In this document: positions 24,101 to 38,185 of the stretch, piece after piece | Layout of the letters: each line of letters begins with the position of its first letter | How positions within the stretch are numbered: the stretch's first letter is position 1 | Origin: Mizuhopecten yessoensis | Taxonomy: Eukaryota | Length of the DNA: 64,000 bases | Reading direction: 5' to 3' | Assembly (NCBI RefSeq): GCF_002113885.1 | Contig: NW_018406397.1 | Coordinates: 2,795,716-2,859,715, forward strand | Notes under the pieces: generated by a model | Told to the model about the DNA's origin: nothing | Database searches by the model: none | The model's input: the letters and a program-made list of their open reading frames with translations, nothing else | Program-made: the position numbers and the translations under genes

Positions 24101-26058
24101 CTTTAGACAGGACACTTTGGTTTGTGTATACAGTGGGACGTCGTTAGACTGGACACTTTGGTTTGTGTATACAGTGGGATGTCGTAAGACTGGGCACTTT
24201 GGTTTGTGTATACAGTAAGATGTCGTTAGACTGGACACTTTCGTTTATGTATACAGTGGGACGTCGTTAGACTGGACACTTTGGTTTATGTAAACAGTAG
24301 GATGTCGTAAGACTGGACACTTTGGTTTGTGTATACAGTGGGACGTCGTTAGACTGGACACTTTGGTTTTTGTATACAGTGGGACATCGTTAGACAGGAC
24401 ACTTTGGTTTGTGTATACAGTGGGACGTTGTTATACTGGACACTTTGGTTTGTGTATACAGTGGAACGTCGTGAGACTAGACACTTTGGTTTGTGTAAAC
24501 AGTAGGACGTCGTAAGACAAGACACTTTGGTTTGTGTATACAGTGGGACGTCGTTAGACTGGACACTTTGGTTTGTGTATACAGTGGGACGGCGTTAGAC
24601 AGGACACTTTGGTTTGTGTATACAGTGGGACGTCGTTAGACTGGGCACTTTGGTTTTGTTTATACAGTGGGATGTCGTTAGACAGTACACTTTGGTTTGT
24701 GTATACAGTGGGACGTCGTTAGACTGGGCACTTTGTTTTCTGTATACAGTGGGACGTCGTTACACTGGTCACTTTGGTTTGTGTATACAGGGGGACGTCG
24801 TTAGACTGGGCCCTTTGGTTTTGTTTATACAGTGGGATGTCGTTAGACTGGACACTTTGGTTTGTGTAAACAGTAGGACGTCGTTAGACAAGACACTTTG
24901 TTTGTGTATACAGTGGGACGTCGTTAGACTGGACACTTTGGTTTGTGAATACAGTGGGACGTCGTTAGTACGGACACTTTGGGTTATGTATACAGTGGGA
25001 TGTCGTTAGACAGGACACTTTTGTTTGTGTATACAGGGGGACGTCGTTAGACAGGACACTTTGGCTTGTGTAAACAGTAGGACGCCGTTAGACAAGACAC
25101 TTTGTTTGTGTATACATTGGGACGTCGTTAGACTGGACATTTTGGTTTATGTAAACAGTAGGACGTCGTTAGACTGGACACTTTGGTTTATGTAAACAGT
25201 AGGATGTCGTAAGACTGGACACTTTTGTTTGTCTATACAGTGGGACGTCGTTATACTGGACACTTTGGTTTGTGTATACAGTGGGACGTCGTTAGACAGG
25301 ACTCTTTGGTTTGTGTATACAGGGGGACGTCGTTAGACTGGCCACTTTGGTTTGTGTAAACAGTAGGACGTCGTAAGACTGGACACTTTTGTTTGTCTAT
25401 ACAGTGGGACGTCGTTAGACTGGACACTTTGGTTTGTGTATACAGTGAGCGTCGTTATACTGGACACTTTGGTTTGTGTATACAGTAGGACGTCGTTTGA
25501 CTGAACACTTTTGTTTGTGTATACAGTGGTACGTCGTTAGACAGGACACTTTGGTTTGTGTAAACAGTAGGACGTCGTTAGACAGGACACTTTTGTTTAT
25601 GTATACAGTGGGACGTCGTTATACAGGACACTTTGGTTTGTGTATGCAGTGGGACGTCGTTAGTACGGACACTTTGGTGTATGTAAACAGTAGGTCGTTG
25701 TTAGACAGGACACTTTGGTTTATGTAAACAGAAGGTCGTCGTTAGACAGGACACTTTGGTTTATGTAAACAGTAGGTCGTTGTTGAACAGGACACTTTGG
25801 TTTATGTAAACAGAAGGTCGTCGTTAGACAGGACACTTTGGTTTAGGTAAACAGTAGGTCGTCGTTAGACTGGGCACTGTATACAGTGGGATGTCGTTAG
25901 ACTGGACACTTTGACTGGACACTTTGGTTTGTGTATACAGAAGGTCGTCGTTAGACAGGACACTTTGGTTTGTGTAAACAGTAGGACGTCGTTAGTACGG
26001 ACACTTTGGTTTATGTAAACAGTAGGACGTCGTTTGTCCGGACAGTTTGGTTTATGTG
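21136..26058. repeat. Tandem satellite, 41-bp unit, about 120 copies
   Basis: Unit GGGACGTCGTTAGACTGGACACTTTGGTTTGTGTATACAGT, head-to-tail with no spacers. Confidence 0.97.
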
Positions 26059-26809
26059 TAATTCCGTTACTCTCTATACTCCCCGTAAATACGTTTACAG
26101 CGTGTTTAAACATTACAAACAGGTGTGAAATTGTTTGTTTGTGCACTAGAAGATAAATGTTTATCATCTTCTAATGATAACGGTCCTATAATAATTGAAA
26201 CATACAAATAGATATTTTGGTCAAATAATGTTTGTTTTTTTACATCCTGCACCTAAACCCAACGTAACTCAGTTTTATTACACAACCCATATGACAATGA
26301 CAATCTATGAACAATGGAACATTGTCGATTTACCCCCGAACACTGATAGTCATACATTCTCATGCCGTAACGTGTTTAAATTGACGAGACCCAAATCAAA
26401 TATTTAAAGAGGATATTTGTTTAATAATTAAAATAAACCCAGATCAAGTGGCTTAATCGCTAGGCTTGACTAGTATATGGTAAACAGGACTCCGTTGTTA
26501 CAAGCTTTAAGTAAAAACCCTCATCCAATACACATTGGCAGTAAACTAGAGGGATTATAGTCAATATACACATCGGCCCGCATTTGAAAGGAGGTTTCCC
26601 AGGGTACGGGATACGAAAGCCTGGACTGATCATATTTTCCTTAAAAAAAATACGAGTTTTGTTGGAAAATGTAAAAAGCTACTGACCCAGAGAAAGGACA
26701 AGCTGTTTCTATTATACAGGTAAGTAACATATCATTTAAACTTTTTTTTTAAATATTACAATGGACTTAAACGGTTCCTTTTGTCCGATAGATACGTAGG
26801 ACAGGGAAC

Positions 26810-27045
26810 AAAATGAAAAAACATTTAATAATTTCTAAAATACAATTAGGACAGTTTTTCTCCGGGTTTGACCGACTTGTTGAATGTTGCCAACGAGTTA
26901 CTTCGTAATAAGTAATATGAGATTTAGGGTAAATATGGAAAAATATTTAAGAATTTCCAAAATACAATAAGGACATTTTTCTCCGGGTTCGACCGACTTG
27001 TTGGATGTTGTTAACGAGTTACAACGTAATAAGTAATACGATATT
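26810..27045. repeat. Local direct duplication of about 120 bp
   Basis: TTTAATAATTTCTAAAATACAAT..CTCCGGGTT..GACCGACTTGTT..CGTAATAAGTAATA occurs twice. Confidence 0.8.
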
Positions 27046-28785
27046 TGTTATACAGCGGGGTTATATTGACAGAAATGTATTACCTTAGTTTAAATGTATC
27101 GGTAGCGTCTGATTTAAAAAAGGGATATGTAAAAAGGGGACACACGATTCAAACGTGTCCATAAATTAAATAAATTGACTGCATGAATTGCCCCAAAATG
27201 TGCATAAAGTCTCAAGACATGTATTTGAACACTATATAAGTTGCGAAAAGACGAAAAGGACACCCGTTTTATTCTGTACGGATCTGCAAGAGGAAAGAAA
27301 ACGCGTTCCTGGTTTTAAGAGACAGGTACGTGTAGGTTCTTTCATGCTGTATGCTACCTCCCATTGATACTGGTGTAATACGGTTTATTCAGACGATGTT
27401 AATTAAAAACATATGTAAGGAAAACAACTCTAACAGAAATTTCGCGTTAAATTTAGAACTATTTAACAGCATATTTGTAGTGTGCTTGGATTTCGTGTTA
27501 AGTTCTTTCCGGAGATCGTCAACGTTTTTTACAAATTAAATAGCTTGTTCTTTATATGCTAAGGTATCGAGGGAGAAAAGAACTGTTCTTTGAATAAAAT
27601 AAATCACGTAATCCGTTCGTAAACCTTTCTCCACTCAAGCGTCTATCTTCTAAAGTAGCAAGCTTCGACTGAACTTATAGCACTTATTGTATCCGATATT
27701 TTTAAATCCTGAGAGCAGCTTTGTAAATGTTCTTTACAAGAATAATACGTAATCTAGGCAATTATAACTGTAAATGTATCTACTTTACCTATTTACACAA
27801 GCTTACTCACAATAATCAAAGACAGAAGATAAATACGATCGTCGGAGCACGCGTACAGGACTGGGATTCTTACTGATATAATGTCTGTGTTATTTTTTAC
27901 GGAAATGTTCTAAAGTAACACAGATCCGATTATGAATGCGAAACTACCAGGGGTCATTCCATCAAATACCCACTTGGTAATAAACTAGTCGTCCTAAATA
28001 AAATTTGTTCTTAAAACTAAATTAAGGTAGGGAGCCATAGCCTTCTGTGATGTATCTCCAACAAAGAAGAGTTCCAGTTTCCTTGCTCATTTACTATAAC
28101 AAAGGGGTATATATTCATTATATTTTTTTCTCACAAACATATGTCCGCTTCGAGGATTCGAACTCCATGCTCGTCGATAAATGTGCTACATTTGATTATA
28201 TTTGTTTTGTTACTAGCCGTTTGTTAACACTTGTCAGGAACATAACTGGGGATAATTTAAAACTGTTCTTACGCCCTAAAAAGGCCCGCAACTCAAATTT
28301 ATCCTGGTATGAATATGTAGGGAATAACTTGTATTCAACAGAAAACATGTTAACTTTTATAAATGCCTGTTTATCTTTATTTTTTTCACTCCATTACGAC
28401 TCGGCGATTAGAGCAGAAAGATGAAACACAATGAAAGTCACTTGAAAGCTTCGTTTACCATCTCAAAAACCGAGGAAACAGAACTCAATGTATTTTAGTC
28501 ACTACATGGCAGATTAAGATGTTGAAATATGCTTGAAAGGAGAACTAAAAGCAAATTATCGAGTTACGGACGAATTATCTCCCTTCCATCCGCACCGAAA
28601 TTATACCGGTTAATCGGTGCGATTACTTTTGTCATAGAAAAGGAATCTAATAATCTAAATTCGTATATGAACCGTCCAAATTTGTGTTTGATATTTATCA
28701 AATCAACAACTTAACTTTTGGTACGTAATGTCTGTACTTTCAACTCTTATATCATTTCAACTCATTCATAGAACGTCTCAACTCA

Positions 28786-28932
28786 GACACCGCGGTGACC
28801 AAGTGGTTAAGACGTCTGACACTCTGCTACCACTAGCCCTCCACCACTGGGTCGCTGGTTCGAAACCTACTTGGGGCAGTCGCTAGGAAATGGCCGTTGG
28901 TCGGTGGTTTTTCTCCGGGGACTCCGGCTTTC
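28786..28932 (+). mobile_element. tRNA-derived SINE (V-like body), 3'-truncated
   Basis: A box TGACCAAGTGG, B box GGTTCGAAACC, then GGTTTTTCTCCGGGGACTCCGGCTTTC; homologous to 55133. Confidence 0.75.
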
Positions 28933-29617
28933 AATACTTGTAGCATCGTAACTCTTATATGAAAAAAATCGAATTCATCTGCTGTTATTCATTAATTTTG
29001 AATTGCAGCGTCGTTGCTATGTCGTTAAAATTTCCCCTCAACTTTTGATATTCAAAACAAGACGGCTTATGTTACTACCACTCTTATATCGATAAACGTG
29101 ATAATATAAAAACATTGACACAGTCCGATGTAAAATAGGCTGGAGAACTCTGAGGCGGAAAACCGTTATAGAAGTGGCTAAAGGGACATGGATTACCCGC
29201 TTAGTCGAGGTATACTTAAATGTAGGTGAATAAGGAGTAAAACATGCTACATGTACTCTTAATGTAATAATTTAATTTGTAGATCAGAATTTGGCATTTT
29301 TCTATACGCCAATGCATGATAAGTATATTACCTGATTGGACGATTATGGGTGATTTATGACGGTCTTTAGGTATGGTAATACTACTTACACACCTTTATT
29401 TCTTCATTATACTGGGGGTTTTAGGTAGTGTGAACGATAATTTACCCATTAAGTTTCTGGGATATTTATTTTTCATTATATGTTTATGAAACATATAACT
29501 CGTCAGGTATTTTTGAACGCTATTTGTTGGTTTTTAATAAAAGGGCGATAACCACATAATTTACAACAGACTAGGAACTGCTATTTCCACTTAGAGCATT
29601 TTTTTAAAGCATTTTTT

Positions 29618-29775
29618 TCAGGTTGGTAGGTAAGGATTATGAAAAGTTTCATGTAACACAACCAAAAAGTATCTATGTGTGACGTTTCGATGACTAGTGC
29701 TAGATCGCTGTGGTCGTCGAAACGTCACATATAAACACTTTTTGCATGAATATTTTTATAATCCACTTAGACCAA
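29618..29775. mobile_element. Inverted pair of Penelope-like terminal repeat fragments
   Basis: Arms GGATTATGAAAA..TGTGACGTTTCGATGAC / GTCGTCGAAACGTCACAT..TTTTTATAATCC; the left arm is homologous to 52612-52692. Confidence 0.5.
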
Positions 29776-31224
29776 ATTTGCATATTTCACTTACTTGTGT
29801 CGGTATCGTCAATCTTTCCATGTGTTGACCTTCTACAAATAAGTTTATATAGCATGGCAAAATTATAAATAGTCATAACCCCCAGCCACAGGCCCAGCCC
29901 CACCCCGCATCTAGAAATAACATAAAACAGTTTCCAGTAAATACAATAAAAGCAAAACACGTGTAAATTTCACAATTGTCGTTTACTACGTCTCAAAAAG
30001 AACGGATTTTTCAAGAAGGATTTTCTCAAACGGAACAAATCATGAACTTTCACGGTTTTTTTTCTCGAAAAATAATCACATTCTATATACATAAAAAAAC
30101 ACAACTGCCATATCTTCTATCGGCTGTCTCTAAGACACAACTTCTAAACGCGATTTCAGCAGTGTGTAATTGACCTTCATGGGGGTAGTTAATCGCAAAA
30201 TACCTTATCAATGCGTAATAAACTAGATTACGACAAAAATAATCCCAGGGTTAGTATAATACGTAAAGGATAATCCAAACCGAGGAATATTACATTAGGA
30301 ATGTTTATCATGAACCTGTAGCACTTACCCATGGTGATATGGTATACATTAGATAGCGGCTTTCATGTTGAGTTTCCGAGAAGAAAGGTGTCTAAGATTT
30401 ATAGAATACATCCCTGATGTGAGGTATGGATAAGGTTATTCAAACCCAAGAAATAAAATATTGAGCAGGAGACCCGAGGCTTTGCGGAGGGTCCTTTTTT
30501 CTCAATATTTTGCCCCGAGGGTTTGAATAGATTTTATTAGTCTCTAGTTTAAAATAATTACAATTTAATCTCGAAATAAAATTGAGTTAATTCAAATATA
30601 ATATTTGTCCAATATCATATTTTCCAGGTTCACCACACATATTTGGCGTGTGTTTGTGATATCTGAGGATACACAATGTCAGAATTAACGGTAAGTACAC
30701 AACTATCATTGACGTCACAATTTCAGAATTAACGGTAAGTACACAACTATCAATGACGTCACTGTCAAAGTTTACGGTTCGCTATAGGTTAACAACACAG
30801 TTGATAAGGTGACACGACTGTTGTAGTTCCGTTACATATTATAATTTGGTTATGCTATGTTAGAAAAATATATTTTTTAATGAGGCACAAACCATTGGTA
30901 TTACTAACAACCAGTATTTTATATGCTAAATCTTTCATTTCGTGACGTATAAATAGTGAAACGGCCCCAAAAAAACAACACATCTAGCTGTTTTTACTGA
31001 CAAAAGAAGTTTCACATTTGTCATACTGTTTCGTTTGTAGGGTGTTTCTCAATCTGATATTTTTATAAGACCACACGTATGAATCCTAGTAAGGTTTTGT
31101 GTGTTGACGAGTATTAAAGAATGCAATAATAACACTTATCCCACAGACAACGTATACGACTTAATATTATCAACGTTAAACCCAACCTTTTATCTATTTG
31201 ATATAGATGTTTGTATATTTACAG

Positions 31225-31791
31225 ATAACTGATGATGGGTCATCAGAAAGCAAGCGACGGGCCTCAAAAGAGATTGTATCCAAATGTACGGCTGCCAACC
31301 CTAATCGCCGGAAGTCGACATTCTTTAAGCTTGCCCAGAGTTCACAACAAGGAATCCACGTAAGGCGCATGACCAGGGCACTATTAGGACAGACCCTAGA
31401 TACACCGGATGAACAACAAGAATCCAAGCCAAAAGTTCGCTTAGAAAACACATACAAAATGAAACCTGATGAAGGCTTCTTTTCCTTCAGAGTTCGTAAG
31501 GAGATCACGACATTGTTACAAGAACACCTTGACAACGTCACCTATGACCCCGTCGTGTGCTCTAGATTATGCTGTGAACTTTCGGTGGCCATTAAGAACA
31601 AAGTAAAGAGTATGAACTTTCCGCGACATAAAATTATCTGTAATGTGTGCATTGGTCAGCAAACAGAACATGGCGTTCAGATCGCCAGTAGGTGTCTCTG
31701 GGACGCCACCACCGACAGTCACGCATGCGTGACGTACAAAAACAATTCTCTGGTGGCGATAGGGTTAGTACATGGCATCTTCTTTGAGTGA
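31225..31791 (+). CDS. Tctex1-domain dynein light chain (DYNLT/TCTEX1D family), last coding exon; upstream exon(s) uncertain, one candidate is 30676-30690 (MSELT)
   Basis: ENTYKMKP, L..HL.NVTYDP, IKNKVKSMNFPRHKIICNVCIGQ, ASRCLWDATTD and LVHGIFFE* are typical of Tctex-1 domains. Acceptor TTTACAG ends at 31224; AATAAA at 32301. Confidence 0.88.
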   Translation: MTDDGSSESKRRASKEIVSKCTAANPNRRKSTFFKLAQSSQQGIHVRRMTRALLGQTLDTPDEQQESKPKVRLENTYKMKPDEGFFSFRVRKEITTLLQEHLDNVTYDPVVCSRLCCELSVAIKNKVKSMNFPRHKIICNVCIGQQTEHGVQIASRCLWDATTDSHACVTYKNNSLVAIGLVHGIFFE

Positions 31792-33254
31792 CGTTCAAAC
31801 ATTTCATGGAACAATATTTTGGTAGATTTTAACGGACTTTTGATTTTAAAAAGTGCTGTATTAACATTTTCATGAAAGTGTAGTACAATGGAGGATGATT
31901 GTTATTATTTTCAGAAACCGAAAGAGTGGTTTTGCTGTATGCGAGACACATTATTGAATATTGTTCCACTTTCCATTTGAATCATATTCAAAGATATTTT
32001 CGCTTTTGTATTCCTATGGAATTTGCTTATTTATTTGCCATGAACTCAACATGGAAGTGTACTGATTATATGACAATTTCAAATATTACGGTCAACCGCC
32101 TTTAAACTGAAGTAAACTTAAAGACAGTGAACGACGATGTTTCTATTCGCTCAGAAGGGGTCATTATTGTAACATTTGTATCTCAGATGAGAAAATAAGA
32201 TAGTCGCGAGCATTTTGATCCTGGCGAGTTGCGATGACCGTGATACAAAAGAAGCTTTACTTCTCCCTGCTTTACCGAAATATTGTTGATTTGAGATTTG
32301 AATAAAACAATCATTAACCAAAAATGGTCAATTTATTATGAAGACATCATTATAAACCAGAACTAGCTCCCTTCAATACGAATATCGACTGAAGGTAATG
32401 CTTGCCAGAGGGGCTGTATAAAACCCAACACAACCCTTTTTAGTAATATCACAAATAACAATCTCGATATTTCATTTTATCAAAAAAATGAAGGTTTGCT
32501 AAGAAATAATATTTGAGGTCAGTGGATAACATGGTTTGTTTTTGACCTTGACTTTTGCTTGTATGTTTCTGGTAAGGGAGATCATTTTAAATTTGAACAC
32601 AATCGACCAATGTTAACTCACACAAATCTACGGAGAGCAAAGTTCTGTTTATAGCAGCATTGACCTTAGATGTTTGAACCCGAAAAGCGACCCCCCCCCT
32701 CCTCCTCCTCCTCCACAGTAAGACCCCCTGTGTGCTAATATCCGGGGCAAAAAAGTTTTAAATATGAGTTGAAGTAACTTGTTTTATAATCGTTGTAAAA
32801 CGTTAATACGGAAAAGCGGGCGGACGAAAGGATGTTACTAAACAATCCATTTGGATCTCAAATAGGGGTGGTCGGGGGGGGGGGGGTAACAGCGTTAACG
32901 TTTCCACATTGTCTTATTATCCAATTAAATGACTTGTGTTAGTCTGATCAGACAATGTTACTGGACGACAGAGACAAAACATATTTGTTATATTTCTGAC
33001 ATCATTTGCAAAGATTAGTTTGTTTTAAATAAAATCCTGACTAACAGTATACAGTGTAATTATACGTCTAATGCGACATAAGAGAAAAAGAATAATTAAA
33101 TCAATTGAATCTCATCTTTGAAGTAGGAATTTATTTTTTAGTCTGCTAATTCTTCACCTTAGGGAGCCGTGTACCACTGCCAATACCATAACACTGTAAT
33201 GAGTTATACAATTCTATCGGTCATTTTGTGAAGTGCACAGAGAGACTTAATAAA

Positions 33255-33392
33255 TTGGAGGAAACCGGAGTACCCGGAGAAAACCGATATGGTTGTGCAG
33301 GTGGCGCAATATCATTCCACGTCCGATAAGGGATTCCATCTTCGGTCGTCTTGGTGAAAGGCGAGGGCACAAACCACTGGGCAACACGAACA
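33255..33392 (-). mobile_element. tRNA-derived SINE (V-like body)
   Basis: GGAGGAAACCGGAGTACCCGGAGAAAACC..GGTGAAAGGCGAG on the plus strand. Confidence 0.7.
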
Positions 33393-33509
33393 CACTTATC
33401 CTTTATTAACTCAATACAGTGTTGATGCTTTTTATTAATTATGGTCAAACAGCACACATAGTCAAATCAACAAAATAAACCTGATATTTTACAGCGTCGC
33501 TGACAACAT

Positions 33510-35838
33510 ATGTTACATCGCTTACAAATCTAACACTACACCATACAATATACCTTACAAAACGTACTTCACTTAATTACAACATCGCTTACAAAACGTA
33601 CTACACACAGTAACAACATCGCTTTCAAAACGTACTTCACACAGTAACAACATCGCTTACAAAACGTACTTCTCACTGTAACAATATCGCTTACAAAACG
33701 TACTTCACACAGTTTCAACATCGCTTACAAAACGTACTTCAAATAGTTACAACATCGCTTGCAAAACGTACTTCAAATAGTTACAACATCGCTTACAAAA
33801 CGTACTTCACACAGTTACAACATCGCTTACAAAACGTACTTCACACAGTTACAACTTCGCTTACAAAACGTACTTCAAACAGTTATAACATCACTTACAA
33901 AACGTACTTCAAACAGTTACAACATCGCTAACAAAACGTACTTCACAAAGTTACAACATCGCTTACAAAACGTACTTCAAACAGTTATAACATCACCTAC
34001 AAAACGTACTTCAAACAGTTACAACGTCACTTACAAAACGTACTTCACACAGTTACAACATCACTTACAAAACGTACTTCACACAATTAAAAAAAAAATC
34101 GCTTACAAAACGTACTTCACACAGTTACAACATCGCTTACAAAACGTACTTCACACAGTTACAACATCGCTTACAAAACGTACTTCACTCAGTTACAACA
34201 TCACTTACAAAACGTACTTCACACAATTAAAAAAATCGCTTACAAAACGTACTTCACACAGTTACAACGTCACTTACAAAACGTACTTCACTCAGTTACA
34301 ACATCGCTTACAAAACATAATTCACACAATTAAAAAAAATCGCTTGCAAAACGTACTTCACACAGTTACAACATCGCTTATAAAACATACTTCACACAGT
34401 TACAACATCACTCACAAAATGTACTTCACAATGTTACAACATCGCTCACAAAACGTACTTCTCATTGTTACAACAAAGCTTACAAAACGTACTTCACACA
34501 GTTACAACATCGCTTACAAAACATACTTCACACAATTAAAAAAATCGCTTACAAAACGTACTTCACTCAGTTACAACGTCACTTACAAAACGTACTTCAC
34601 TCAGTTACAACATCGCTTACAAAACATACTTCACACAATTAAAAAAAATCGCTTGCAAAACGTACTTCACACAGTTACAACATCGCTTACAAAACATACT
34701 TCACAAAGTTACAACATCGCTCACAAAACGTACTTCTCATTGTTACAACAAAGCTTACAAAACGTACTTCACAAAGTTACAACTTCGCTCACAAAACGTA
34801 CTTCTCATTGTTACAACATCGCTTACAAAACATACTTCACACAGTTACAACATCGCTTACAAAACGTACTTCACACAGTAACAACATCGCTCACAAAACG
34901 TACTTCTCATTGTTACAACAAAGCTTACAAAACGTACTTCACACAGTTACAACATCACTCACAAAATGTACTTCACAATGTTACAACATCGCTCACAAAA
35001 CGTACTTCTCATTGTTACAACATCACTTACAAAACGTACTTCACTCAGTTAAAACATCGCTTACAAAACATACTTCACACAATTAAAAAAATGCTTACAA
35101 AACGTACTTCACACAGCTAAAACAAAGCTTACAAAACGTACTTCACACAGTTACAACAAAGCTTACAAAACGTACTTCACACAGTTACAACATCGCTTAC
35201 AAAACATACTTCACTCAGTTACAACATCACTTACAAAACGTACTTCACAAAGTTACAACATCGCTTATAAAACGTACTTCACACAGTTACAACATCGTTT
35301 ACTAAACATACTCCGCACAATTACAACTTCGCTTACAAACGTACTTCACATAATTACAACATCGCTTACAAAACATACCTCACACAATAAAAACGTACTT
35401 CACATTGCTTTTAAAACTTACTTCACACAATTACAAATCGCTTACAAAACGTACTTCACACAGTTACAACAAAGCTTACAAAACGCATTTCACACAGATA
35501 GAACATCGCTTACAAAACGTTCTTCACAAAATTACAATATCGCTCACAAAACGTACTTCACACAGTTACAACATCGTTTACAAAACGTACGTCACACAAT
35601 TACAACATCGCTTACAAAACGTACTTCACACAATAAAAACGTACTTCACATTGCTTTTAAAACTTACTTCACACAATTACACATCGCTTACAAAACGTAC
35701 TTCACACAATTACAACAAAGCTTACACAACGCATTTCACACAATTACAACATCGCTTACAAAACGTACTTCACACAAATACAACAAAGCTTACAAAACGT
35801 ACTTCACACAATTACAACAACGCTTACAAAACGTACTT
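33510..35838. repeat. Tandem satellite, 34-bp unit, about 65 copies
   Basis: Unit TTACAACATCGCTTACAAAACGTACTTCACACAG (33781, 33815, ...). Confidence 0.96.
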
Positions 35839-37145
35839 TATAATTCATATGATATGGAAATATACATGGATGTGTAAATATTCAAAACGAATGAGTTTAA
35901 TGACATCATTCTTTGATATTTTCTACTTAGATTTAGCCGCCCAAACAGAAAAATATTTAAACTTTTCTTGTTAATATTTCTTTGCCTCCTGCATAAGAAT
36001 AATATATAGCATAAACTAAATTTCTGTCATTTTGTGACATACATTGTATTGTACCTACCATCATCATTATTTCTAACAGAGATTGGTAGAAAAAAAAGTG
36101 TAGGGGAGATAACTCTATCGACCCTGCTCATTATACAAATTGTTTTCCCAGTTTGCCGGAGTTGGGTGCATTCTCCTCGTTGTCGTAACGGACATCATAA
36201 TCTCCTAGAAGTATTTGTCATTTCCTAAAGAGTAACACGCTTGACCACGCGAGTAAAAACACTGTTTAATTCAGTCCACGTGCATCACTGCGAAATATCT
36301 TAATAAAATTGAATACCCTTATAGTTGATATAACCAAACACGTCTAAAAACCATAGTAGTCTAAATTACGAGACTCTTGGAAAATGATGGAATAAAAATG
36401 CAGTAACAGTTTCATATTTTCTTAAAACAAAATGTGTATAAAAGGTGATGCTTCATGTAATTGAAATGTAATTGAATCACAAAAATCTTATAATACTTCA
36501 AAAGTACTTATAAAATAGAGTACAATTCCCTGTTTAAGGTTAAATAATAATTAATACACTTTTTCATACCTGTAAAATAAACACTGACTTAATGCATCAC
36601 CTTCTTCTTTAGTTTAAACATTTTTTATTGCTATAAAGCAAAAGGATTGATGGTAAGTTTCGAGACCATTATAAGCGCCCTTTCCTTACGAATTCAATTA
36701 AGCATATATATACATCATAAGATGGCTTACTACACATATTTATAAACAATGTATTTCATAATGATTCAATGAGGAAAACGAGAGGAAGAAGGCGATCGGG
36801 AGAAGCAAATGAATAATTATGCTCACATACAAACATACATGTATACATACATATGTATGTCNATACTTATAGTCATTTAGCTCATAGTAAAATGTATTTG
36901 AGGCCATGTGTCCTTTCCAGCACCGACAGCACCTTCCTTTTTTTGGTACATGTTTTTGTACTAACAGTGTACGTATATATCAGTATCATACGGTATTTTG
37001 GTTTGATGTTCAAATGTCATTTTATTTCGAATCGTATTATTGCATGAAACTATTTAAACAAATATCAGAACAGAAATCAAGCAGTGAATTTATTTAGAAT
37101 ATATAACCTATATAAGTAAGGTTTTGAAATATGATACTGAACTCA

Positions 37146-37452
37146 GACCGCGGTGGCCAAGTTGTTCAGGCGTCTGACATTCTGCTTCCACGAGCCATCC
37201 ACAACTGGGTGTGAAAAATACCTCAGAAATAATACATACAATTTGTAAATTCGAGAAGAACCCAATTATTATAAATAGCTTCGTTTATTTGTAATAGTGT
37301 TGTGAGTGTGTGTAATGTTGTGAAATGGTATTTTGCACTTTTGTTACTTGTAGCTGATGAACTTGAACTTTGGTCGCGGGTTCGAGGCCTACGTGGGGCA
37401 GTCGTCCTCCACCTGTCACCATAGCTGTTAATAGGACGTAAAAACAAACAGG
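37146..37452 (+). mobile_element. SINE of the 55133 family, split by an insert of about 160 bp
   Basis: Head at 37146-37210; resumes at about 37371 with GGTCGCGGGTTCGAGGCC and the tail AGCTGTTAATAGGACGTAAAAACAAAC. Confidence 0.65.
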
Positions 37453-37614
37453 CCGGAATTTTCCAGCCAAGGCCGGTCGGTACCATGACGACCCAATGCG
37501 TTAATCTGGTTAAAACCGGATCTCCATTAGCTACTATATGTTTGTCCCAGTCGCTATTGTGTTAAATGATGATCTAGTTGAAAGATTGAACGTTATGTAA
37601 ACATGAACAAAACT

Positions 37615-38185
37615 AATTAACCTGCATTGTCGCCTTAATTACGTGTGTTCTAGGTATTGACATAAACACAAAAATGTCATATTTGTTGTTATTTTTGAGT
37701 AATTCTGATCTTTCACCCATTGTTGTGAACTTGATGTCGTTTCGTCTATTACATATCACACATAACTGTCATTTATCATGACGATATCCGTGGTATTTCA
37801 AATGATAAAGCTATGGACATTTATAATGATTTTATGAATTTGAGTTATCAAAATTTCGAGAAGAACCTAATTATTATAAATAGCTTGGTTGCACTCTCAA
37901 AACATATGGTACTGTTTCTATATGTGTTAACCTGCATTGTCGCCTTAATTACGTGTGTTCTATGTATTGACATAAACACAAGTATGTCATATTTGTTGTT
38001 ATTTTTGAGGGATTCTGAACTTTCACACGCTGTTGTGAATTCACAGTAACTGTAGGAATGGCAGGCAAGGGGAACTTGATGTCGTTTTGTCTATTACATA
38101 TCACACATACCTGTCATTTATCATGACGAAATACATGGTATTTCTAATGATAAAGCTATGGACATATGAATTTGAGTTATCAAAC
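37615..38185. repeat. Local direct duplication of about 240 bp
   Basis: TTAACCTGCATTGTCGCCTTAATTACGTGTG..GATAAAGCTATGGACAT..GAATTTGAGTTATCAAA starts at about 37617 and about 37927. Confidence 0.85.

Noticed and set aside
21136-26058. CRISPR array, or coding ORFs in the 41-bp repeat
   Set aside because: Units are head-to-tail with no unique spacers, there are no cas genes, and the context is eukaryotic; the ORFs are repeat translations.
30676-30740. MSELT micro-exon as the certain first coding exon of the Tctex1-domain gene
   Set aside because: Phase fits, but the donor segment is tandemly duplicated and lies in repeat-like DNA; kept only as a candidate.
33759-35974. 453-aa and 189-aa ORFs as real proteins
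   Set aside because: They are translations of a stop-free satellite with non-ATG starts and frame-breaking indels.
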